Assembly: GCF_009914755.1 (NCBI RefSeq)
Contig: NC_060942.1
Length of the DNA: 64,000 bases
Strand: one strand, 5' to 3'
Origin: the human T2T-CHM13v2.0 reference genome, Homo sapiens
Shown: positions 51,761 to 64,000 of the stretch, in pieces
How the letters are laid out: each line of letters begins with the position of its first letter
How positions within the stretch are numbered: position 1 is the first letter of the stretch
The notes under the pieces: generated by a model
What the model saw: the letters and a program-made list of their open reading frames with translations, nothing else
The model's database searches: none
What the model was told of the DNA's origin: nothing
Program-made: the position numbers and the translations under genes

Positions 51761-54609
51761 ATCGGCATTCCGAGGCTTGTGGCCACATCACCCCCGTCTC
51801 TGCCTCCATCTTTACATCATAATCTCCTCTGCACTTGTCTTCTCTTCTGTGTCTGTCTTACAAAAATACATGCCCTTGAATTTAGGGCCCACCCCTATAA
51901 CCCAGGACTAATGCATCCTCTCAAAATCCTTAACTTAAGCACATATTTTACCATAGAAGATAATATCCGCAGGTTCCCAGATTGAAATGTGAACCCACCT
52001 TGTGGGAGACCACCCCTCAGGAGGCCACCAAAAGCATCTGCTACAGCAGTGTGTGGCCCGAGGTCATCTTACCATACACGCCTGGAACCAGGGATGTCTG
52101 ATTTTCAAATCCTGAGTGTTTACACATCACCTAATGTTGCCTTTCATGTTTTTTTTGTTTTTTTACCTGCCTACATTTCGGTTTCCCCATCTCTTAAATG
52201 AGGACAATAATACCTACTTCTTAGGGATTTTGTAAGGACCATATGAGGCCATAGGGAAGGGGCTTCAGCAGTAGCTGGCACATGGTTACCCCGCAACTGT
52301 CGGTATGTTTCTTGCCTTCCTTTTACATTGTACATAGAGAAGGCATCATTTTAATTCCTGTATCTCCAGTTACTACAGTATTTGGATGTTAATAAGTTCT
52401 CAGAAAAAAAAAAAATGTGTTAAATCTAAACCTTATAAGTACCTATAGTTCTAATACCCAAGCAATGCATTATTCAAAAAGTGACTGAGAAAGCTACCAA
52501 ATTCCTGGAGTGCCAGCCATGAGAGATAGGAGGCTGCAAAAATTACGGATGTGTCCCGTTGCATACAAAAGTGGTCTTGCATAAGCAACATAAATCTAAT
52601 GCCTCTAGAAGGCTGAATCACCATGAGGAGCAGGGCTGGCAGGAGAAACACATATGCTGCTCTTCAGGGTATGGAATAAGGCAGCAAAAAAAAAAAAATG
52701 GTTATGGAACAATCACCTTCTAAGACCACTTACTTTATAATATGACAAAACAAAAATGCCAAAAAGGAAGGATATTCTGATCAAATAGTTACTAGAACCA
52801 CAGTAAATGCTTTGATGGGTATCTATTGATTTGACCCTACAGATGTGGTTCATGTTTAGAAGAGAATGTTTTCATGATAACACATTTATTCGACTGCAGT
52901 GAAGGTGGTGCAGCCATTTACATGAGAAGCTCCTACATAGCTCGGAGTCACCATTTGCTTTCAATCATTTGCATGAGATATTCTGCACTTATCTGTTGAC
53001 CTTCCAGAGTGGCATCTTGGCCCCACCTTGCTTCTCACTGTGTGGAATATGATGCTACCAACAGTTGGCTGTGTGTAGCTTGGAAGAAAGGTACTCCCCA
53101 AATTACGCCCAAGACTCTTCCTAAGGCACTCTTCCCCTTTTACCACCAATATCCTATTTCTAGATTTCTCATCCAACCTAGAAAAACATTAGTCTGTGCT
53201 TTTCTGGTTTATAATCATAATACAGACATCTCCTAAAAATTATAAAATGTCCCTCTCTGTCCTCTTTTTCTACACTCTCTGCTTTTTCTCGAATTTGTGC
53301 TGAACAAGGAATTCGTTTAAAAATAGTTAAAGGAATGGCGAGTACAGCATAAGATGTTTAACAGGTTTTCCTTTACATGCTTATTACCTTGAGATCTGAG
53401 TAATTTATAAAAAGGGGGGGAAAAGCGTACCAAAATTAAAGCTTAGTTGAAAAGGTCAGATTCGTCGCATGGACAATCTTGACTTCATTCCTTGCAGCTG
53501 GCGTCAGTGGCTGCATTTATTGCTGACAGTCATGATTATTCGATGGGTATTATAACATCATGTGAGGGTGGCACGACAAATGGGGAGAAGGACAAAATGA
53601 TTTGGTCAATGACGATACTTAATCCAAACACGAGTCACATTTATGAGAATTTACTGTTCACATCCACTGATTATTCTGGCCACCTGAGAATGGACATGGA
53701 AATGTTCATTTATTTAAGCAAAGTTGTCAGCATTGTTTCAAAGACATGTAAATGCTGTCAACAAATAAATGCCAAGTGAGGCAAATGGCTTACTGCCCAT
53801 AGGGAAGCCTCTAAAGGAATATGTCTTGATTTCTAGATGAACCCAGCAGAACCCCTTGTCTCTGGCAAGATGATGAAAATTACCTATACTTTTCCTGGAA
53901 GCCACTGGCTGCTCTGTGTTACAAGCTGCGAATACTGCTGTCAATTTTATTTAGGAATAATTCAGATAAAAGATATAAACGTATTAAGCTAAATATCATC
54001 AGCATTGATATCAATTTGTATTTAGCCTATAGATACAAGAAATGAGATAAAAATATGCTTCAAGTAGTTGCAAATAATGAAATTGAATCTTCATAGGCTC
54101 ATTATTTTTCATAACAAAGGATTACAAAAGTGTTCATTTTTACTCTATCAAAGGTGACTGTATCATTATTTGTTATTAATATGGATTTATTTCATTTTTA
54201 ATGTATTTCATCCAGGAATGCCAATGCATTCACTAAGACCCATGCAGAAGTTTCTCATCCATGCCAATACCACCTGCCACAGCTCTGCGAGGCTCTCCTT
54301 ATGGTAGCACATGGGAGTTCTGGCTGAGGGAAGGAGCCAACCTCTTGGCTGGATTGCATCCAGTCTTTGAAGTGTTCTTGACTTGGCCCCTGTGGTTGCA
54401 ACTCTGAGGACGTTTTTCAAGGGGGCAGCTTGCATTTCTCCTGTGTGAGGGGCACCCGCAGACTTCTAGTGTCTCAACAAGAGAATTGAGGTTTCAGTGT
54501 GTGGAGAGCTCTGATGAGCAGTTAAACGACACAAAACCCTTCAAAATCCAGGTGACTCCACACAGAAGCTCATGTCCCAAGGAAACAGCACGACGCAGCT
54601 TCCGGCTAA

Positions 54610-54983
<374 letters not shown>

Positions 54984-55617
54984 GTTTGTGCCCTTTTTCT
55001 CCTGCTTCTCTGTCTCTGATGTCCCTCCCTCCTCTCTCTGCTGTCCCCCCTCCTCCTCTGTTTCCTCATCTCCATACTCTCTCAGACTGTAATAAAGACT
55101 ATAATAAAGACTAGTGCCTTAAACAGGTCCTAAACACAACCATGTCGACAGGTGTTTATGTTCCTTTTTCTTGGTTTAAAATCAGGCAAAGTGAACATTT
55201 TAGGCGCCACCGGATCAGTAGAGGTGAGGAGGAGTCTTGTGGATTGGGAGAAGCATAAAGTGAGAAAGGTGCCCTTTCCTCAGGTCAGCTCAGCACAACA
55301 GAGAGCTCCCCACCCCGCCGATCTTTCTAATATTAATACCAGGACCGCATCTCATTCTCAGACCAGCTCCTCATAGTTTCACTTTCTTGTTTGCAGTGAA
55401 CAGGTCCAGAGACTCAATCTTTCTTCTCTTGAGCAATACAGCTTCGCAATTGAGCATTTGGGCTCAGAATTCAGACAGCTGTAGCTGTGTCAAGTCCCAA
55501 TTCTACCACTGCGACAGGTCATTTACTTTACTTCTCCGTAAATTGCCTAGTTCCTTATCTGTAAGTGGGAAAACGATAGTGCTGATCTTGTAACTCTTTC
55601 TGATAATTAATTGTATG

Positions 55618-55813
55618 TAAAGTTCTAAGGAAGACTGCAGTGAAGGAAAGGGTGCAATCTATTCCTTAAAGTTCTAAGGAAGACTGCAGTGAAGGAAAGG
55701 GTGCAATCTATTCCTTAAAGTTCTAAGGAAGACTGCAGTGAAGGAAAGGGTGCAATCTATTCCTTAAAGTTCTAAGAAAGACTGCAGTGAAGGAAAGGGT
55801 GCAATCTAGTCCT
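55618..55813. repeat. Minisatellite, 49-bp unit x4 (taaagttctaaggaagactgcagtgaaggaaagggtgcaatctattcct), adjoining a MIR fragment (about 55455-55625)
   Basis: Copies start at 55618, 55667, 55716 and 55765; the first three are identical and the fourth has 2 substitutions. Confidence 0.97.
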
Positions 55814-56309
55814 CAGGAAAAGTGCTAACTCCGTAGTGTGGCTCTTCCCACCGCGCCTGCGCACGCTGCACATGCAGGAAGATGCTGCCAACGAGGGGAG
55901 GATCTCGCCGGGCAAATCCCAACGGTCTCACCTGGCTCCGTGGCGAGCTCCCATGGGGGAAACAAAAATATCAACAAAACAGGACAACATGCCAAAAACA
56001 AGGCGAGTGCCGAGATCAGAGAAGAGGGAGCTATTCATTCTAAGGGCAGGACCGGGGAAGGCTTCAGGTGTTTCTCTGCGCAGGGGCCCAGAAAGGGGCT
56101 CTAAGCCATCGCTGCACCTTGTAGGGAAGCAGTGAGGATGGGACGAGGAGGGTCCCGCCTGGCCACCACGTCCTGCATGCTGAGGAGAGGGTCAGAACCC
56201 GCTCAAGGGAAAGCCTGGCAATGCCAGCCCTCCTTACCTCGTGGCCAAGTCCGCTTCCCGCTCGGCGCTCTCAGCCCTGTCCCCCTCCCGGTTCCTCCTC
56301 CCTTCCCCA

Positions 56310-56359
56310 CCCAGTCCTCCCAGTCCTCCCAGTCCTCCCAGTCCTCCCAGTCCTCCCAG
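56310..56359. repeat. 9-bp tandem repeat (cccagtcct) x5.5
   Basis: Seen directly; it produces the SSQ/PSP/VLP repeats in the overlapping ORFs. Confidence 0.95.
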
Positions 56360-56658
56360 CTGCACTCACTGCGCTATTTCTCTCAGCAGCTGGCTTGGGC
56401 TCCAGTCTCTGGAGGGTGCTTTCATCTCTCTTCTCCGCCAGCTCTGTGGTCCCAAGGATGCTCCTCTAGGTAACACTGCCAGCCTCGCCTCCCTGCCTGT
56501 AACTCCACCGGCTTCCTGCCTCCTTTTCCTCATGGAGGGCTCCCACCGGGGTGCCACAGCCTTGGGTGCGGGGCGGGGGTGGTGAGGAAACGCTGAGCGT
56601 GACAAATACTTGATCCTTTGCTGAGGAGATTGGGTTTCCTTCCCTGAGTGATGGGTAG

Positions 56659-57365
<707 letters not shown>

Positions 57366-57828
57366 GAAAACTAAATTTAAAAGGTGAGAAGTTAAAAAGA
57401 GAGGAGCTAGCTCAGAGAGGATGCCCTTGGCCTGAGAGGTGACGGAAGCTTAACGGTCAGGCTGCGAAAGTGAATGGGGACATGGGGCAGAAGCAGGTTT
57501 GGGAGATGTTAGTAAGTAGGATGTGGAGGATTGGAAACCAACCAGATGTACATGGAGAAGAAAACTTAGCCAAAGATGGCCCTGTGGTAATATTTTCCAA
57601 AATTCACTCCATGGATTTTATCAGACTTTCTATTTTTAAGAAAGAATTTTATGGTAAAATAGTTTTTTTAAAATATGAAATCATACTTTAACATTTAAGT
57701 TAAAAATCTTCTCGACTGCAGGATGTCTAAGGTCATTGAAAAAACAACTTATAACAGTCAATATCTAAGTGGGGAGTTAGGACGAAGACATTCTCAAAGT
57801 TATTTGAAGAAAGAACCTTCTCCCAAAG

Positions 57829-57830
<2 letters not shown>

Positions 57831-57865
<35 letters not shown>

Positions 57866-57875
57866 TACACACACA
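57831..57875. repeat. (CA)n microsatellite
   Basis: acacacac... run interrupted once by gat. Confidence 0.95.
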
Positions 57876-58146
57876 GAGAATGTTTATTCACACCTCAAAA
57901 AGCAAGGAACACCATTTGGAAAGTGCTGCCTTAATGCATACAACTTTATATGTGAGGAGAATAATAGCATCAAAGTGGTAATAGAAGCTGGTAACACAGA
58001 AATGGGGGTGGGTGTGGTGAGTAAAATTATAAGTTCAGTTTTGGAATTTGAAACACCTCTCACACACAGACCACCAGCGTTCAGCAGCAAGCTTAGAACT
58101 CAGAAGAAAGAACAGGAATGGAGACATCCAATTCGGGGCTTTTTAG

Positions 58147-58497
<351 letters not shown>

Positions 58498-59329
58498 TAA
58501 AGACAAAAAATTAGAGACCCAGAAGGAGAGCGTCAATCAAAAGTGGGGAGAAAAAACAATTCTTGAAGACACTGTGGCCAAAGTTAATTCCAAATTTGAT
58601 GAAAAGCAACAACCCAGAAATCCAAGAAGCTCAGTGAGATATACAACAAAGAAAACAACACCGAGGCATGTCAGGGTCCAATTGATGAAAGCCAAAATAA
58701 AGAAGTTGTAAAACAGTCAGAAAAAACTGTCATGTTAAGGGAACAAACAGAAGTCATGTGCAGTGACAGAAGTCATAACATTGTTTGCTTTGTGGGCTGG
58801 GAGAACTAAATGGAGGAGGGGGACATCCGTGGGGTTGTACAAATACACACAGCTGTCATAACTCAGGCCGTATATCTATGATCTGGGTGTTCTGTAATAA
58901 TGCCTCAGTTTAAACGAAAAGGTGGAAGCAGGTGTAGAAAGGGCAGGAAAACGGGAGTGTGCAATGTGGGCAGAGCCATGGAGGCAAAGGACAGTGGCCG
59001 CCTCCAGCATCAGCAGCTGTGGAGTCAGCAGAAACCAACCCCTCCACTCAAGGGACAAGAGGATCCACATCTTAGCTTGTTAGCATCTTAGGTGGATCTC
59101 AAACGTCTTGTGATGAGAATCATCCGCCCCAGGTCGCCTGAGTCAGGACTTCTGCAGGTGCAGCCTGGACATCCCAGGTAATTTTAAAGCTTCCCAGGTA
59201 ATTTGATGTGCAGTAGGCATCAAAAACCTCTAATCCTGATCAGTGACACAGAGGGTACATCCTGGCCTATCTGATCCTCAGAAGCACTTTAGAGCTTCCT
59301 AAAACTGCATTTCAGGAGGCCCAGGGCAG

Positions 59330-59750
59330 GGTCTGTGTTTGTCTCCTGCAGCTGCCAAAACGACCAACCACAACCTGGCTTACAAGAAGAGGTTTATTGC
59401 TCGCGGCTCTGCAGCACAAAAGTCTGAGAGCAAGGTGTCCGCAGGGCAGCGCTTGCTCTGCAGGTTCTAGGGAAGAGTCCCTCCCGCCTCTGCAGCTTCA
59501 GGTGCCTCCCTGCAACCTCTGCCTCCCTCCCTCGCTGCAGAGCCTTCTTCTCTCTGGGTGTGTCTCCATCACCTCTCTTCTAAGGACAACTGTCATTGGA
59601 TTTAGGGTTCACCCTGGTAGTCCAGGATGACCCATCTCAAGATCATCCATTTAATTACATCTCAAAAGACCCTTTCCAAATAAGGTCACATTCACAGGGT
59701 CTGGATATTAGGACATGGACATATGGGGAGGGAGCACCCTTTAATCCATG
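59330..59750. mobile_element. MaLR LTR (MLT1-like), preceded by a MER5-like fragment (about 59085-59235)
   Basis: gtcattggatttagggttcaccctg..ccaggatgacccatctcaagatc..ttaattacatct..ccaaataaggtcacattcacagg. Confidence 0.82.
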
Positions 59751-61460
59751 ACGGCCCAAGAGTTTAACATTTTTAGTGAATTCCTCGAGTCACATGGTGA
59801 TTGGGAACAGCTGGCCAGGAGGACACCTCCACGCTCGGATCTTATGTCTTCAGCCACCACTTTGTTCTCCGAGGGTTTCCTGCTGCTGGTCCCGGCTCTC
59901 TAATTCTGCTGTCCTTTTTCTGGGGACAAGGGCCTTTGTAAGGATTCAGTAAACATGCAGCGGTGAGAATGGGAAAGATGCCTCGCAGGACTGCCGGCGA
60001 GCAGCTCCTTCTCCAGAGCCCCCGCTGCACGGCCGCTCTCCCTCGCAGCCTCGCCTCTCAGGGGTGCGCCCATCTGTTCACACGACATCTGTGGTAATTT
60101 AATAAACGTGGGCACACAGAAGGCGGCTCCGCTTTGGGAAGACATTTAACCTGCTGCAGAGGTAAATTATTTGACTCTACCCGGTGAGAGCGAAGAAAGA
60201 TGTCCTTAATGCAGCTTCTGCTGGGCTCCGTGTGTGCCCGAGGACAGTGGCCAGTGAAGGTGACAGCAAGGTTTAGCTGTCTCTAGCTCAGCCTCTACTG
60301 TGCTCTGAGTGTGGAAAAGCCATTGCGAGTTAAGTGCTGAGAATAGAGTGGGCTATAACTAACAAAGTACTACAAATAACCTTGCCATTGGCAGAGCCAT
60401 TTCTTTTTTTCCTCCTGAAAACCATAAAGGCAGAGATGATGATATTCATGAGTATGGTGCTCTGTGATATCTGATGAGACATTAGGAGCCTTGGTTAGGA
60501 GGAACCGAAGGGGTTCGTCAGTCTGTTACAGCTGCAGTCACTGCCTGCTCAAGGTTGAAAGTGCAGATAATTTCCTACTCAAAATATAATTTGGGTCTCT
60601 GTTCACCTTAATGCCCCTTACAGAGGCTGCTATGAACTCCCTTTGACATCATTGCCCGAGAGAAATCTCAGATGTGATTTTTCTGCTTACCTGAAATGGG
60701 CTTTGGAACAGTCTTTGGTTCTTTACAGAAATTATGACATGAAGAAGTATTCATAGGAAGTCAGAGTTCATTACAATTTATAGGAGACCAGCCTTCAAAT
60801 TTGAACGTATTTTCAGAACAAAAAGGAAGATAAATTGTTTAGTGTACTTAAAGGGTTTAGCTTAATTAGAGTCTGTCTTTGGGACAAAATCATTTCCGTG
60901 GCAAAAAGGAAATAAATCCCTAGCTCTGAAGCATTTTTTAAATATCTCATTCAAATACTTTGTTTGAAATTATATTGAGCAGAACTATTTGGGGAAGTAG
61001 TAAAGCTACTCTGTATGTCTGTTTTAAAACCTTGTCTTAGAGTTTTACTACGTTTTAAAAGTTATGATCCGGATTTGTCACTGAAGGGAGAAATCGTTTC
61101 TTTATTCTATGAAATCTTTTCTCATACAGTGTACTCTGCATGTAACTTTTATTATCATTATCAGCCCTCCACCTTTATTCATTATTATGATTTTCCTTAT
61201 CAGAGTCCTTTCTCGTCTTTCCCTCTGATTGCTTCCCATGTGAGAGAACATCAGCTACCCCGTCTCTGAAGTACGGCACAGCCAGAGGTCAGATGGCCTC
61301 TTCTGACTTCACTGCCCAGGGTGCTGGACATGAGACCATGAGGGCTAAGCTGACCAGGAAGCAGAGGGAGGAAGGTGTCACCTCCACGCAGCTTTTCTTC
61401 TAGGCATGGTTGCAGGAACGTTGTAGAAATTATTAGGTAACCTACATTTCCACTCTATAG

Positions 61461-61806
<346 letters not shown>

Positions 61807-63099
61807 TGAGAAATCTTCACAGTACTGAGAAATCTTCACAGTACAATAGTATTCCACTATGATTTGAAAATGTTTTCAGTTGTCATAGTTAAGTAGTTAC
61901 AGGCATAGCTATAGAGCTAGATGAACCCAGGAATGAAATGCTCATTCTGCCTCTGACTTTGTTGAGGGACGTGGATAATTTTGCTCAGCCTCTCTGAGTA
62001 TCAGTTTATCTCTCAGTGATACAGAGACTGAGAGTCAGAGGCAAACACTCATCCCCAGCCCAGCACGATCTCTGGAATATTCAAGGCTCAATAAACATGA
62101 GCTGTGGCGCTGTCACCCAGCCCTTGCTCTAAAGTAACCACTCACATTCACTAAGAATGCACTTTAAGAATTAAATGCTACATTTTTCTACATAGTGGAA
62201 ATGTGTGACAAGAATTCAATGTTTTTTTCAGGTAGAGCCTAACACATGTGACCCACACCATGTCAAAATGCAAAAGAGTAAAAGAGTAATGTAAAAATGA
62301 GAAACTGGGGAGAATCTCAGCACCACCAAAGCAGCATTTAACTGCTTTTTAAGAAAAAGTAGGCCCTTTGTTTCCATTCTATTTTACTAAATACCACTAA
62401 AAAAACCTATCTTCCTTTCTTATTATTTACCCTCTATAATTGACCTTCCTACTAGTTAGCGATAGCCATTTGTCTCCATTTGTAAATACTTGAAGAGTAG
62501 CAAAAATTTAAATTATTTTTAACAGAAGCTAGGAACAATATAATCATTTATAAGCATACATTCTTTAGTAACTCTGAGCTATCTTCATAATTTACCCAGA
62601 AAGAATCTACCTTAAGAAGGAAGTCTCCTCTTGATTTCCTTTCTCAGTCAGCCCAATATAGGGCCTGCTGTTTCTCTTTCATTGCCATAAATTCTCAAAT
62701 GGCCACATCATACATGACACTAAGAAGCTTAGCCCGGACAGTTGCAAGAGTGAAAGATGCCTCTGACACAGTGGAGGAGCTGGGATGTGGACTTGGCTGG
62801 TGAGGCCGGAGGGACAGAGTGAACACACATTTGCATCAGACATGCTGGATTCCAGGGTCAGGTGTGCCGGCATGTGGCACCGGCAGCCGACAATACTGGG
62901 TTCTGAGCAGTTCAGGACTGGAGACTGAGAACTGTGTGTCATTCAGACACATACTTGGAGTATCCAGTGCTGGAAGCCATGAGAAAGGGCATGACTCAGG
63001 GTGTGACACTGGGTCGAGAGCAACAGTCTGACAGACACCCTAATCCAGCACTGGCCACAGACATCGGGCATCAGAGACAAGCCTCCACATAGACGCTGC

Positions 63100-63500
63100 C
63101 ATGAGTCAAATCTTGCCCCGAAAATTCAAGTTCTCCTGGAATCTCAGAATGTGACCTTAATTGGAAATAGGATCTTTGCAGATGTAATCAAGGTAAGGCT
63201 GGAGAGGAGATCATACTGCATTGGAGGGGCCCGAAATCCAACAGGAGCATCCTTAGAAGAGACAGAAAAGGACACACGGATGAAAGATAGCCACGTGAAG
63301 ATGAAGGCGGAGACTGGGGTGATGCTGCCACAAGCCAGGGACACCAAGGGTGCCTGGAACCACAGAAACTGGAAAGAGCCAAGGAAGGATCCCCCGGCCT
63401 GCAGCCTCCAGAGGGAAGCATTCTGCCAACCCCTAGATTTTACACTTCTTGCCTCCAGAACTGTGGGAGAATAAATGTCTACCATGTTAAGCCGCCCAGC
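63100..63500. mobile_element. MaLR LTR (MLT1C/D-like)
   Basis: ctcagaatgtgaccttaattggaaataggatctttgcagatgtaatcaag..gccacgtgaagatgaaggcggagactggggtgatgc..gcctccagaactgtgggagaataaatgtct. Confidence 0.88.
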
Positions 63501-64000
63501 TCCCGATCAAATGTTACAGCAACCACAGTCAACTAACACAGGAACCAAAACACGAGTGGCATTGGGCAGTGACAGGAAAGCAGTGGCTTCTGCTTCAGAG
63601 GCACCCAGAATTGAAGAACAAAGGGGGCGTTCCTGGAGACCGTAAGGGGCACGTTCATGGAGCAGAGGAAGCAGAGACATGAGCGATGGTGGGCGGAAGT
63701 CCACACCAGCCGGAAGATCACCTTCTCAACAAGTTAGGCAACCAACAGGAGGAACCAGAAGGGACAGGCCCCAGGAGTGTTTGGGAGAGTCAAGAAAAGG
63801 ATTTTAAGGTAGCAAGACCTTGTTATACTTGAAGGCAGCAAAAAAGTCACACATACTTGCCCTAAGAATTGTAAAACTCATAGAATTGTCAGTTAAGATG
63901 GCTACATCCTTGGAGCAAAGATCAATTTACACTTCTCTACTGTACCATAAATTTTGTTATGTTATTAAACCAAAGCCGTCTTCTTACTGTGGCCTTACAT

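Noticed and set aside
55084-55113. Doubled AATAAA in agactgtaataa-agactataataa-agacta as the 3' end of a hidden plus-strand gene
   Set aside because: Explained by a 12-bp slippage duplication; no upstream exon structure identified.
56132-56585. Proline/serine-repeat ORFs (PPSPPSP, SSQSSQ)
   Set aside because: These are translations of the 9-bp tandem repeat in all three frames; no splice or codon evidence.

Overview
Mammalian genomic DNA, most likely human (AluY/S/J copies; the translated exons match my recollection of the human proteins, unchecked by alignment). It contains a head-to-head gene pair on one CpG island at about 30.3-31.8 kb, with start codons 1,024 bp apart. FBXO15 (minus strand) has coding exons 1-8 here (1,138 nt of CDS); the remaining exons lie beyond the left edge. 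TIMM21 (plus strand) is complete: 6 coding exons, 747 nt, 248 aa. I placed all exon boundaries by hand on GT/AG sites and each gene joins into one open frame. The rest is intronic or intergenic and rich in repeats: Alu, L1, L2, MIR, MaLR LTRs, an ERVL/LTR16-type provirus remnant, MER2, MER3, MADE1, and three 49-55 bp minisatellites. I found no CRISPR array, rRNA, tRNA or convincing new protein-coding gene, and nothing that amounts to a new biological system. The best leads are regulatory or RNA-level: an RFX X-box over the FBXO15 ATG, six upstream ATGs before TIMM21, in-frame skippable F-box and transmembrane exons, a miR-548-like MADE1 hairpin, a 122-bp inverted repeat, and an orphan NRF1/G4/minisatellite element at 55.6-56.6 kb. 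Repeat boundaries are approximate and subfamily names come from recall of consensus sequences.
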